The notes under the pieces are model-generated. The model had not been told where the DNA came from, ran no database searches, and saw only the letters and a list, made by a program, of their open reading frames with translations. Shown piece by piece: positions 27,707 through 37,826 of a DNA stretch of 64,000 nucleotides. This stretch comes from Patescibacteria group bacterium (lineage in GTDB: Bacteria; Patescibacteriota; Minisyncoccia; JAHISW01; Tagabacteraceae): the NCBI GenBank assembly GCA_042577045.1, contig JBHPEK010000002.1, positions 389-64,388 of the forward strand. Reading direction: 5' to 3'. How positions within the stretch are numbered: the stretch's first letter is position 1; each line of letters begins with the position of its first letter. The translations under genes and the position numbers were made by a program.

Positions 27707-29356
27707 ATGAAAATTGCCTTTGTGATTTACAATGTGCTAAGCACAGAACGCATGGGAATTATGTTGATGTCTTCTTTGGTCAAACAGAAATTTCCGCACG
27801 CCGAAGTTGAACTTTTTGTTTATACAGATGGAAGACTAAAAGAACAAATATTATCGTTCAAGCCAGATATCGTGGCATATAGTGCTTCGACAGGAGAGCA
27901 TGTTCACTATCTGACTATTGCTAGAGAAGTAAAAAACCTAGGCAAAGTTTTGGGGAAAAAGATCTTTCAAGTTATGGGTGGTCCTCATTGCACATTTGCT
28001 CCAGAGACCTTATTGGGCAGTAGTTTAGATGCTGTTGGGGTTGGAGAGTGTGACGATGCCTGGGTAGAACTCCTCGAAAGTCTAGAAATAGGGGGAAATA
28101 TAAGTAACATACCTGATATAGTAACTCGGGGAAATTTTAACGAGATCGTTTTTCCGGCTAATATACAGAGCGAAGGTTATGTTCGATATCGCGTTACCAA
28201 CATTAGACCCAGAACATGTCGAGATCCAGAAAATCACCAAACTTGTCTTGATCATTTACCATTTTTGGATTGGGACCTGTATCTTTCCAGAACCAATTTC
28301 GAACAAAGCAACAGTCTTCTGAAAAGAACTATAATGACAAGACGCGGGTGTCCGTTTCAGTGTACTTATTGTTTCAACAGAGTTTTTAATGCTATTCACC
28401 CAGGAGAAAGACCGGTTCACAACTATAGCATAGAGCGGGTGATTCAGGAATGTGAATGGGTTACTGCCAATTATCCTACCGAGTTTTGGAAGTTTTATGA
28501 TGACATAGCATTCTTCTCGTCTAGCGGACAAGAGGGGGAGAGATTAAGAGAATTTTCTGAAAAATGGAAACGGCGCATCAACCTTCCTTTCTTTGTTTTA
28601 ACTAGGGCTGATTTGGTTGCTAAAGATCCAGATATTTTGAGAATTTTGAAAGATGCCGGTTGCCAGTCTTGTACTATGTCTATTGAGGGTGGAAATGAAT
28701 ATGTAAGAAACAATATTCTAGAAAGATCCATGTCGGATGAAGATGTTGTTTTTGCGCATCGTTTGGCTTGGGATTTAGGAATAAAAACTTTTAGTAATGT
28801 TATCTTTTCGGTCCCTGTCAAAAGTACTGAAATAGAGAAACATAATCTTCCACGAAAATCGATCAATCGTGACATAGAATCTGTTAAACTTTGTTTAGAC
28901 TCGCGGGTTCATTTTGTAGAATGCCCTATGTTGTTTCCCTATCCAGGCACCAAACTAGGAGAATATTGCAAAGAAGAGGGTTTTTTTGATGGTGATGCAG
29001 AAAAATTAGACCAAAGCTATCAAACTCTATCGCCATTTGATGTTTTAAGCGAAAAGGAAAAGAGATGGTCGCAAAACTTAGCCTTTTTATCTATGTGGTG
29101 TGTTTTTCTTGGAAGTCGTCAAAACAAGCTGGTTCGTAATTTTATTTCCCCATTGTTTTTTAGATTTACTACTAGCTTCCTTATCAAAATACCAAGTGTT
29201 TGGTTTTCAAAATTGTATTTTATTTTGTATGCAGTTCTTCAGCAGTATTTATGTGGTGCTGAGATTTACAGACCAAAATACAGAACCCCATTAAAAACAA
29301 TGACCAATGGATTTTGGGGAAGGCTTAGATATGAATTTAAAAAACAATTTCCATAG
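27707..29356 (+). CDS. B12-binding-domain radical SAM protein
   Basis: GGAGG SD then ATG 27707; GGPHCT, GVGE, RRGCPFQCTYC, PYPGT. Confidence 0.88.
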   Translation: MKIAFVIYNVLSTERMGIMLMSSLVKQKFPHAEVELFVYTDGRLKEQILSFKPDIVAYSASTGEHVHYLTIAREVKNLGKVLGKKIFQVMGGPHCTFAPETLLGSSLDAVGVGECDDAWVELLESLEIGGNISNIPDIVTRGNFNEIVFPANIQSEGYVRYRVTNIRPRTCRDPENHQTCLDHLPFLDWDLYLSRTNFEQSNSLLKRTIMTRRGCPFQCTYCFNRVFNAIHPGERPVHNYSIERVIQECEWVTANYPTEFWKFYDDIAFFSSSGQEGERLREFSEKWKRRINLPFFVLTRADLVAKDPDILRILKDAGCQSCTMSIEGGNEYVRNNILERSMSDEDVVFAHRLAWDLGIKTFSNVIFSVPVKSTEIEKHNLPRKSINRDIESVKLCLDSRVHFVECPMLFPYPGTKLGEYCKEEGFFDGDAEKLDQSYQTLSPFDVLSEKEKRWSQNLAFLSMWCVFLGSRQNKLVRNFISPLFFRFTTSFLIKIPSVWFSKLYFILYAVLQQYLCGAEIYRPKYRTPLKTMTNGFWGRLRYEFKKQFP

Positions 29357-29371
29357 AAACAGTAAAGAAAT

Positions 29372-29403
29372 AAAAATCCGTCTTTTAGTGGGCGGATTTT
29401 TTT
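29372..29403 (+). terminator. Intrinsic terminator
   Basis: AAAAATCCGTC...GGCGGATTTT followed by T tract. Confidence 0.7.
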
Positions 29404-29440
29404 GACTTGAATTACTAGTTTGTTAAGTTATGATATTAAG

Positions 29441-30187
29441 ATGACAAAATTTGATAATTCTATTTCCATAATTATGCCTGCCTATAACGAGGCCAAAGGT
29501 ATTTATGGTGCATATGAAAGTACTAAACGATCAATACAAAAAGCTGGAATTGGTGATTATGAAATTTTAATTACGACCAATATATCTCCTAGTGGCACTC
29601 ATGATGGCACTCCAGATGTAGTAGACAAAATAGCCAAAAATGATTCTCACGTAAAACATATTTTTCATAACAAATATGCTGGTCTAGGTTTTAAATATAG
29701 AGACGCTCTGAACAAAGCTCAAAAAAAGTACGCCATGATGGTTCCCGGTGATAATGACACCATAGAAAGTTCCCTAGTTAATATTTTAAAAAATGTGGGA
29801 AAATTTCCAGCTATTGTTGTCTATACCTCTAATTCCAAAGCGAGACCTTTTTACATTAGGGCTGTTTCTAGATCTTTTGTTTTTCTTTGCAATTTGTTGT
29901 TTGGCTTAAGAATGAAATATTATAATGGTATGTGTGTTTTTCCAATTGAACTTCTAAAAATAGTTCCTACGACGGCAAATAATCCAGCTTATATGGCAGA
30001 AACGTTAATCTACTTATTGAAATCTGGTTTAAAATATACAGAGATGCCACAAGAAATTAAGTACACGCCTCTTCCCGGAAAGACTTTTCGTTTGAAGAGT
30101 GTTTGGGATGTGTTGATCACCCTAACTTTGTTGTTTTGGAAGATTAATATAAAAAGGGTTAGACTTGATATTTCTAAGTGGATTTAG
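29441..30187 (+). CDS. GT2 glycosyltransferase
   Basis: IIMPAYNE, DGT, PGDND; resembles 19991..20683. Confidence 0.85.
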   Translation: MTKFDNSISIIMPAYNEAKGIYGAYESTKRSIQKAGIGDYEILITTNISPSGTHDGTPDVVDKIAKNDSHVKHIFHNKYAGLGFKYRDALNKAQKKYAMMVPGDNDTIESSLVNILKNVGKFPAIVVYTSNSKARPFYIRAVSRSFVFLCNLLFGLRMKYYNGMCVFPIELLKIVPTTANNPAYMAETLIYLLKSGLKYTEMPQEIKYTPLPGKTFRLKSVWDVLITLTLLFWKINIKRVRLDISKWI

Positions 30188-30250
30188 TTGACACGTGACA
30201 ACATTTAACTTACTTTAATATCAGATGTTTCGTTGAAAAAAGGAGTCCTT

Positions 30251-31093
30251 ATGCGATACAAAGTAACAAGGAAAGATTGTCAGAGAGTTATAGGAGAATT
30301 GATTAGGATTTTCAAAGAAGTAGAGTTGTCAAATGAAATAGATTTTTTGGTTTATGGAACCTATTTTGGCAAATGGCGAAACGGGTTAAGCGATCTTGAT
30401 GGTGTTTTAAGTTTTTCAAAATCTTTTATCGATCCACAACTACGATTCAAAATATTAGCTTTTCAGATGAAGATGAGAGAGCTATATGAGAATATAGAAT
30501 TTTTAAAAACTGGTCATTTTTTTGCTGATGTTTTTGTTTTGGATAAAGAATTGGTTGAAGACGGCCGTTTTATGATATACGACAAGGGGTTTATCGACAG
30601 AATTGTAAATGGCCAAACCAAGCAAGCTGTATTATTTGGAGAAGACTTTGTAAGAAAATTAAATCCTGTATCTTTAAGGCATCAGGACGAATTTGAGCTG
30701 GCTGCGGGTGTTCAGAAACTAAGGAATTATTTATTGTTTGAAATTCCTAAGCCAGTGAACATTATAGACTTAAATTGTGCCATAGGAGTGACAAAGTTTT
30801 TCAAAATTCTTCCCAGAACAGTTGCTATTATTTTAGGAGAATCCTTGATTAGCACTATTGAAGAAATGACAAAACTTCGAAATTACTTGGAAGAAATAGA
30901 TTATAGTTATCTAGAAAGATTTTTTGAAGCTAGTTTTGATCCTGATTTTATTGTTGAACACATACGATCATGGCATGAGATTGGTAATGAAGCTTTCTTA
31001 GACTATCTTGTCTGTTTTGAGAAAGTGCTACAAGCTGTTATCAAAAACGAATCAATGTTAAGTTTGGGGGGAAACCGTGGAATTAATGAATGA
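30251..31093 (+). CDS. Putative Pol-beta-superfamily nucleotidyltransferase
   Basis: YGT....GLSDLDG (G[S/T]..DxD) plus a later ADVFVLD third acidic site; helical C-terminus. Confidence 0.5.
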   Translation: MRYKVTRKDCQRVIGELIRIFKEVELSNEIDFLVYGTYFGKWRNGLSDLDGVLSFSKSFIDPQLRFKILAFQMKMRELYENIEFLKTGHFFADVFVLDKELVEDGRFMIYDKGFIDRIVNGQTKQAVLFGEDFVRKLNPVSLRHQDEFELAAGVQKLRNYLLFEIPKPVNIIDLNCAIGVTKFFKILPRTVAIILGESLISTIEEMTKLRNYLEEIDYSYLERFFEASFDPDFIVEHIRSWHEIGNEAFLDYLVCFEKVLQAVIKNESMLSLGGNRGINE

Positions 31094-31757
31094 GAGGAGG
31101 CTTGTCGGTCTTTGGCGACATTTCTTTAAAAAAGAAGCAAGTGTTGTTTTAATGAGACATGCTCCAAAATATGGTTCAGATTCTAGCGGTTTGTCTAAAG
31201 AGGGTCGATTGTTTGCCCAAAAATATGGTTGCGTGTTGGCTAGAGCAAATTATTTGAAAGATATTACATTTGTAGACACAGATAAACAGAGAACAACCGA
31301 TACACTTAATTTGATGTTTAATATCTCGGGTGGCGCTATGCGTTTTAACGATTTAAATTCTCCTCGAATTTCTAGTTTTGTTCAGAGGCAGGTTGAGGAC
31401 TTGCATATGAAAGTGGGTCGTTTTAGAAATTATTTTTTGAACCACACATATTATTTTCTTGAAAGATTGGGTGGGGAATATGATGCAGAGCATTTACATA
31501 AGGTTGTGGCTTTGCGAATGGCAACTGGTATTATTAAGTTGTTTGAGTTTGAACAAAACCTAGTTGTCTATTGTGGGCACTCTCCTTCTATTGAAGTTGG
31601 GTGTGAAAAGTTACTAGGAAAGAATTTATCTGAGATTGGTGGCTTTTTAAATCCCCTGGACTCTATACATCTTAAAAAGACCAATAACCAAATTGAGTTT
31701 GTTGGTAGGATTAATCCTATTTTGGGATATGTAGATCTTGAAAGTGAAAATTATTAA
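31086..31757 (+). CDS. Histidine phosphatase superfamily protein
   Basis: LMRHAPK, R...T, and late CGHS motif. Confidence 0.7.
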   Translation: MNERRLVGLWRHFFKKEASVVLMRHAPKYGSDSSGLSKEGRLFAQKYGCVLARANYLKDITFVDTDKQRTTDTLNLMFNISGGAMRFNDLNSPRISSFVQRQVEDLHMKVGRFRNYFLNHTYYFLERLGGEYDAEHLHKVVALRMATGIIKLFEFEQNLVVYCGHSPSIEVGCEKLLGKNLSEIGGFLNPLDSIHLKKTNNQIEFVGRINPILGYVDLESENY

Positions 31758-31783
31758 AGGGAGACCAAGGGCCTCCCTTTTTT
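31756..31783 (+). terminator. Intrinsic terminator
   Basis: AAAGGGAG...CTCCCTTT followed by T tract. Confidence 0.7.
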
Positions 31784-31814
31784 GTTTTATGTTTATATAA
31801 TAAGATTAAATTAA

Positions 31815-33665
31815 ATGTGCGCAATAAATGGCTTTGATTTTGCCGACCAAAAATTGATTTTAAAAATGAACGCTATCACTAAGCATCGAGGCCCAGATGA
31901 TAGCGGTTTTTATGTTGGAAATAACATTTCTCTTGGGCACAATAGACTCTCTATTATTGATCTTTCCAAGCAAGGGCGTCAGCCGTTGTGGAACAAAGAC
32001 GAAACAAAGTGCATAGTTTTCAATGGAGAGATTTATAATTTTAGGGAATTAAAAAAAGAACTTGAAAGTACGGGGTATGTATTTTATTCAAAAACAGACA
32101 CAGAAGTTGTTCTTAGTTTGTTTGAAGAATTTGGAGAAAAATGTTTAGAAAAATTAAATGGAATTTTTGCTTTTGCAATTTTGGACACCCAAAGTGGCGA
32201 ATTATTTTTGGCGCGTGATCGGCTTGGCATAAAACCACTTTATTATTATCATAAAGCAGGAAAATTTATTTTTTCGTCTGAAATAAAAGCAATATTTGAA
32301 CATAATGTTAAAAGAGAAGTGAACTTGGAGTCTTTTAATCATTTTTTTCGTTTGCGTTACGTTCCGGCCCCTCTTACGATGTTTAATAATATTTTTAAGT
32401 TACCCGCTGGTCATTTTGCGAAATTTTCTAATGGGAATTTGGAAATTAGAAAATACTGGGATATTGAAGATTTTGAGAACTTAGACTGTTCAAGGCAAGA
32501 AATTGTTCAGAAAATTAATTTTTTGATGAAAGATTCTGTAAAACGACAGCTCATTTCAGATAGGCCAGTCGGGGTGTTTTTAAGTGGCGGAATAGATTCT
32601 ACTTCAGTTTTGGGGATTGCGGATGAAGTTTTGGGTGGAGAAGTCAAAACATATTCTATTGGGTTTGATATATCGGTTGAGTCAGAAAAATTTAATGCTG
32701 ATTTTAAAATTGCCAGAAGAACAGGTAAATATTATAAAACAGATCATCACGAGTTCTTGTTTTCTGAAAAAAATTTTTTAGAGAACATAGACGATGCAGT
32801 TTTTTTCAATGATGAACCACTTGCTGATCCAATTAGAGTGGTAAACCTTTTTCTTGCCAAGGAAGCCAAGAAAGATGTCGCGGTTGTTTTGGGTGGTGAT
32901 GGTGGAGACGAACTTTTCGGTGGTTATCGCAGGTACTATTTAAGTACCCTAATTGATACCTTTCAGGGTTTTCCTTCTTTGGCTCAAAAACCATTATTAT
33001 TTTTAATCAAAAATTTTTCTAAAAACAAAACTGCGATAGAGAAGCTAAAATTACCGTTGGGACACAAGCGGTATTTGGCCTTTATGATCCAGAAAAACGA
33101 TGTTTTAGAGAGGGTTCTTAAAAAAGACTTTTTCCAGGAGAATTTGGTTGATTCTTTTTTTGAAAAAAATTATCAAAATTGTTTATTAACCAAAGACTCG
33201 GCCAAGCAAATGATGTATTATGATGTAAAAAATTGGCTTTTGGAGGAGTCATTAATGAGAACTGATAGAATGACTATGGGGCATGGTTTAGAGGGTAGAG
33301 TTCCTATTCTAGATCATCGTCTCGTAGAATTGGCTTTTAAAATCCCAACCTCCTTAAAAATAAAAAACAGACATGGCGGTAAGGATATCTTTAAAGAGGC
33401 GATGGAAGATTATTTACCTAAGTATGTTTTGAATCAGCCGAAAAGAGGATGGTTTTCTCCATCAGCAAAATGGCTAAGGTTTGGATTAAAAGATTTTGCT
33501 TATGAGATTTTATCCGAGAACTATAATTCAGAAACTGTTAAATATTTTAATTTTGATTCAATTAAAAAAATACTAGACGATCATATTTCCAAAAAAGAAT
33601 ATAATGCAACAATTATTTGGATGTTAATTTCTTTCCAGCTTTGGCATAAAAAATTTATAAAATAA
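31815..33665 (+). CDS. asnB: Asparagine synthase (glutamine-hydrolysing) family amidotransferase, probably glycan amidation
   Basis: N-terminal MC, HRGPD, RLSIIDL, NGEIYN, LSGGIDS, GDGGDELFGGY. Confidence 0.92.
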   Translation: MCAINGFDFADQKLILKMNAITKHRGPDDSGFYVGNNISLGHNRLSIIDLSKQGRQPLWNKDETKCIVFNGEIYNFRELKKELESTGYVFYSKTDTEVVLSLFEEFGEKCLEKLNGIFAFAILDTQSGELFLARDRLGIKPLYYYHKAGKFIFSSEIKAIFEHNVKREVNLESFNHFFRLRYVPAPLTMFNNIFKLPAGHFAKFSNGNLEIRKYWDIEDFENLDCSRQEIVQKINFLMKDSVKRQLISDRPVGVFLSGGIDSTSVLGIADEVLGGEVKTYSIGFDISVESEKFNADFKIARRTGKYYKTDHHEFLFSEKNFLENIDDAVFFNDEPLADPIRVVNLFLAKEAKKDVAVVLGGDGGDELFGGYRRYYLSTLIDTFQGFPSLAQKPLLFLIKNFSKNKTAIEKLKLPLGHKRYLAFMIQKNDVLERVLKKDFFQENLVDSFFEKNYQNCLLTKDSAKQMMYYDVKNWLLEESLMRTDRMTMGHGLEGRVPILDHRLVELAFKIPTSLKIKNRHGGKDIFKEAMEDYLPKYVLNQPKRGWFSPSAKWLRFGLKDFAYEILSENYNSETVKYFNFDSIKKILDDHISKKEYNATIIWMLISFQLWHKKFIK

Positions 33666-33667
33666 TT

Positions 33668-34723
33668 ATGAAGATTTGTTTTTTAGTTCCAAATTTAGAC
33701 AAAAAGGCCGGTTGGGGTAGATTTTCAATGGAAATAGTCAACAGGGTTTCCGAAAGGGGTTTTGATGTTGAAATTGTTAAGATCGGTAAAAAACTGGGAA
33801 GAGGAGTGATATTTTCTATTTTTAAAAATGCTCTTTTGGTAAGAAAAAAAATAAAAAATTGTGACATTGTACATTGTTTTGACGGGTTTCCTTACGGAAT
33901 TATCGGCGCATTGTCCAATGTTGGTATAAACAAGAAATTGGTAATTAATGGTGTTGGTACTTGGTCGGTTTTGCCCTTGTATCAAAAGAGGTATCAATGG
34001 TTACTTGTTTGGGCGTATAAAAGAGCGGATAGGGTTTTGTGTATTAGTAGATTCGTCAGGGACGAAATAAAGAAAAAGGTCAATTTGGGAAATTTGGAGG
34101 TTGTGAATTTGGGTGTTGATTTAAATAAATTTAACTGTATAAACAGTTTGCAAAAAAAGAAGGAAAAAATAATTTTAAGTGTAGGAGCTTTGGTTTCTAG
34201 AAAGGGTTATCACGTTTCAATTCCTGCAATTGCAGAGGTTAAGAAGATATATCCACATATAAAGTATTGTGTAGTGGGAAATCAGTCAAATTTGGAATAT
34301 TTTTCTGAATTGAAAAAGCTTGTAAAAAAATATGATTTAGTAGAAAATATTGAATTTTTAAATAACTTATCGGATGAAGAGTTGCGTGATTTGTACACCA
34401 TTAGCGATTTGTTTATACTAACCTCAATAAATGACGGGCATGCTTTTGAGGGATTCGGTTTGGTTTATTTAGAAGCTAATGCGTGCGGAAAACCTGTAAT
34501 TGGTACTTATGGTTGTGGCGCGGAAGATGCAATAAAAGATGGTTATAATGGTTTTTTGGTTCCTCAAAATAATGTGGTGGCAACCGCAGAAGCAATAATA
34601 AAGTTTTTTGGTGGTCAAAGTTTACAGAAAGAGATGCACAAAAACGCTCTAAAATGGGCAAAGAATCATGGTTGGGATAAAACCGTAGACGGATATTTAA
34701 GTGTTTATAAAAGCCTTACTTAG
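33668..34723 (+). CDS. GT4 glycosyltransferase
   Basis: RKG and EGFGLVYLEANACGKPV motifs. Confidence 0.92.
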   Translation: MKICFLVPNLDKKAGWGRFSMEIVNRVSERGFDVEIVKIGKKLGRGVIFSIFKNALLVRKKIKNCDIVHCFDGFPYGIIGALSNVGINKKLVINGVGTWSVLPLYQKRYQWLLVWAYKRADRVLCISRFVRDEIKKKVNLGNLEVVNLGVDLNKFNCINSLQKKKEKIILSVGALVSRKGYHVSIPAIAEVKKIYPHIKYCVVGNQSNLEYFSELKKLVKKYDLVENIEFLNNLSDEELRDLYTISDLFILTSINDGHAFEGFGLVYLEANACGKPVIGTYGCGAEDAIKDGYNGFLVPQNNVVATAEAIIKFFGGQSLQKEMHKNALKWAKNHGWDKTVDGYLSVYKSLT

Positions 34724-35966
34724 CAAATGATTTTTTGAAGAGATAAATACTGAAAATAGATGATATTGTCTTTGAGATTAATTGTGCATAAATAAGACCC
34801 CACACTCCGTAAAGTGGAATCAGTGAAAATAAGAGTATTATTTCGGCAATGGCCGTAAGAGTATTCCACTGATAGAGCTCTTTTTGCATTTTTTTAGCTT
34901 GAAATATCAAAGGCAAAAAACTCAGAGGAAAAAACAAAACTAGAAGGAAAAGCATTCTAGAGTACTTCACTGCTTCCATGTAGGTTGGAAAAAATATTCT
35001 ATAAAGATAAGGAGATATTAGTATATATAAAGCCACACCTACAGACACAAAGACTGTTACTAAGAGAAGTTTTCTTATCCAGACTTTAATTTGAATGTCT
35101 TTATTTTTTTCTGCTAGTTTAGGGTAAGCAATGCTTCTCAAGTTAGCTAAAAAAGCAGTGGCTTGTTTTTGAGGAATGTCGGCAAAAGCATAGATGGCTA
35201 ATTGAATCGCTCCTACATAATGGAAAATCAAAATTTTATTCAGGTGCTTGGCAATTGTGGTGATTACCCCCATAAGAGATAAGTGTTTGCCGTATTTAAC
35301 CATGGTTGCGTCTACTTTCTTTCCTTTTACTTTTTTAATGATAGAGTAATTGAAGAACCACTTAACAAGAATTGCAATTACAGCATAACCAAGAAAAAGA
35401 GGAAGTAGTTGGGGGTAGAAGTAGATTATTATCAAAACAACTGTTGTGTAGGCAAATTGATAAAAAATATTTAACTTTGCTAGGTGTTTAAAGTTTTTTT
35501 TGCCTTCAAAATAAGCCGTATATGTATCAGCTGTTTCCATAAAGGGAATGAGTAAGGCAATAAAGGCAGATCCAATAGCAAGGACATCGTTACCCTTTAA
35601 AATATAATATCCAGACAAAACTAGGGCTACGGCGGAACCAATCAGTGACCAAACAAATTTTTTCTTGATTGCTAAATTAAAACTACCTTCAAAACCACGT
35701 GCAGTAGATCTAGTTAGGGACGCTGAAATTCCTCGCAAAGAAAAAATTCCCAGAAGAGACATAATGGAAAGTAGGTATTGATAATGAGCGTAAATTTCTT
35801 TTGGCACAAAACGAGCAAAAGCCATTGCGGTTAATAACCCCAGGACAAAAACAATTGTGTAATTGACACTAATAAAAAACCCTTGAGTTCCCAAATAAAC
35901 ATTGTCAGTCTTACTGAATTTCTGAGTTTTCATTAGTAAGCTTAAGATCCTCTTCTTTATTTTCAT
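34716..35966 (-). CDS. Oligosaccharide flippase (Wzx family)
   Basis: About 12 TM segments, Polysacc_synt pattern, C-terminal LIPLYGVWGLIYA. Confidence 0.8.
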   Translation of the reverse strand: MKIKKRILSLLMKTQKFSKTDNVYLGTQGFFISVNYTIVFVLGLLTAMAFARFVPKEIYAHYQYLLSIMSLLGIFSLRGISASLTRSTARGFEGSFNLAIKKKFVWSLIGSAVALVLSGYYILKGNDVLAIGSAFIALLIPFMETADTYTAYFEGKKNFKHLAKLNIFYQFAYTTVVLIIIYFYPQLLPLFLGYAVIAILVKWFFNYSIIKKVKGKKVDATMVKYGKHLSLMGVITTIAKHLNKILIFHYVGAIQLAIYAFADIPQKQATAFLANLRSIAYPKLAEKNKDIQIKVWIRKLLLVTVFVSVGVALYILISPYLYRIFFPTYMEAVKYSRMLFLLVLFFPLSFLPLIFQAKKMQKELYQWNTLTAIAEIILLFSLIPLYGVWGLIYAQLISKTISSIFSIYLFKKSFAK

Positions 35967-35987
35967 TAATATATATTATAGTATATT

Positions 35988-36593
35988 ATGGTGTATATTT
36001 ATCAACCACATAGAATATTACTAGAAAGAATCGTTAATGACCTAAAGGGCTACATTGAAGGAGATATTTTGAATGCTGGTTGTGGAAGTTATGATAGATA
36101 TGAATTTGACGGAAATGTAATCAAAATGGATATTATAAAAAAGGAAGGAGTTGTGTATGGAGACATACACGATATACCTTTTGAAGACAAAAAATTTGAC
36201 AACATAGTCTGCACCGAAGTTTTAGAGCATGTAAAAGACCCGCAACTTGCTTTAAAAGAAATATACCGTGTTTTAAAAGATGGTGGCAAGGTGCTCCTAA
36301 CAGTTCCTCAAGGCGTAGAAGTTCATGAAGCCCCACACCACTACTGGAAATTTACAGAATATGGAATAAAAATGTTGGCAGAAAATGTAGGTTTTAGAAT
36401 AATCAAACAACAATCATTTGGTAACTGGTACTCATCAGTTCACCATATAATAATTCGGAAACTAATAAAGAAATTTGATTTATATAACCGACCTATTGTG
36501 GGGAGAATTGTCAGTCGTTTATCGAGATTAATGATGCGTTTTAAAAACAACGATGACCATATTTTAGGGTGGTGTTTTGTACTAAAAAAATGA
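35988..36593 (+). CDS. Class I SAM-dependent methyltransferase
   Basis: ILNAGCG, TEVLEHV, RVLKDGG. Confidence 0.85.
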   Translation: MVYIYQPHRILLERIVNDLKGYIEGDILNAGCGSYDRYEFDGNVIKMDIIKKEGVVYGDIHDIPFEDKKFDNIVCTEVLEHVKDPQLALKEIYRVLKDGGKVLLTVPQGVEVHEAPHHYWKFTEYGIKMLAENVGFRIIKQQSFGNWYSSVHHIIIRKLIKKFDLYNRPIVGRIVSRLSRLMMRFKNNDDHILGWCFVLKK

Positions 36594-37825
36594 GGATAAT
36601 AATATTACAAGACCACTTTCCACCGAATAATTATGGTGGCGCGGGTACTGTCGCATATAGTATTTCAAGAGAACTTTTGAATAGGGGGCATCATGTTTTT
36701 GTGATTACGACAGTAGACCAAAAAGAAAAGGAAGGCGAAGAAAATTATAATGGTTTAAAAATTTTTAAAATTTATTCCAGTTATCACGAAAGATGGAGAT
36801 CCTACTTAAGTTTGTTTAATCCGGGAACAGTTTTTCATGTAAAGAAAATTATGAAAAAACTTAATCCCGACATTGTTCATGCTCATAACATACATTTTCA
36901 ATTATCTTATTATTGTTTGAAATTGGCAAAAAAATTAGGAGCTAAGGTTTTCTTGACTGCTCATGATGCCATGTTGTTTCATTATGGAAAATATACAGAA
37001 TATTCAAACAATGAAAAAGAAACAGGGGTAAAAGAGAATTATAAAGTTTCACAATTTCAGCTATTAAAGAAATACAAGAAAAGATATAATCCGTTTCGTA
37101 ATTTAATTATCCGCAAATATCTCAAATATACTGACAATATTTTTGCAGTAAGCAGTGTTTTAAAAAAAGTCTTAGATCAAAATGGGATTAATAATGTGGA
37201 AATTATTTATAACGGTGTTGATGTAGATGAATGGAAGATTAAAGAAGATTTTATTAACAACTTTAAAAATAAATATAAAATCATTGATAAAAAAGTAATT
37301 TTGTTTGGTGGAAGGTTGAGTGATGCTAAGGGTGGAGAAAAAATAATTTTATCAATGAAAAATATTGTTGAAAAAGAACCAAAAGCTATTCTATTAATTT
37401 GTGGCAAAAAAGATAGATATACTGACAAGCTGATAGCGTTATCACGCAAATTGGGCGTACATAAACATGTTATTTTTACAGATTGGCTAAGTGGAAAAGA
37501 GTTGAAGTTTGCTTATTGGTCTAGTTGTCTGGTGGTTGTACCTTCTATCTTTTTTGAATCATTTGGAATGCAAGCGCTTGAAGCTATGGCGTGTAAAAAA
37601 CCCGTAGTAGCAACTTGCTTTGGGGGTACGTCAGAAATAGTTCAGAATAATGTTACTGGTTACGTTGTAAATCCGTATAAGTTAGAATTATTATCGAAAT
37701 ACGTCTTAGAACTGCTGGGCGACAAAGAAAAAGCAGACTTAATGGGAGAAGCTGGATTTCAAAGAGCAAAAGATAGATTTTCTTTAAAACTTCAAATTGA
37801 CAAACTTTTAAATTACTATAGATAA
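36590..37825 (+). CDS. GT4 glycosyltransferase
   Basis: GGA, HAHN, ESFGMQALEAMACKKPVV. Confidence 0.92.
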   Translation: MRIIILQDHFPPNNYGGAGTVAYSISRELLNRGHHVFVITTVDQKEKEGEENYNGLKIFKIYSSYHERWRSYLSLFNPGTVFHVKKIMKKLNPDIVHAHNIHFQLSYYCLKLAKKLGAKVFLTAHDAMLFHYGKYTEYSNNEKETGVKENYKVSQFQLLKKYKKRYNPFRNLIIRKYLKYTDNIFAVSSVLKKVLDQNGINNVEIIYNGVDVDEWKIKEDFINNFKNKYKIIDKKVILFGGRLSDAKGGEKIILSMKNIVEKEPKAILLICGKKDRYTDKLIALSRKLGVHKHVIFTDWLSGKELKFAYWSSCLVVVPSIFFESFGMQALEAMACKKPVVATCFGGTSEIVQNNVTGYVVNPYKLELLSKYVLELLGDKEKADLMGEAGFQRAKDRFSLKLQIDKLLNYYR

Positions 37826-37826
37826 A

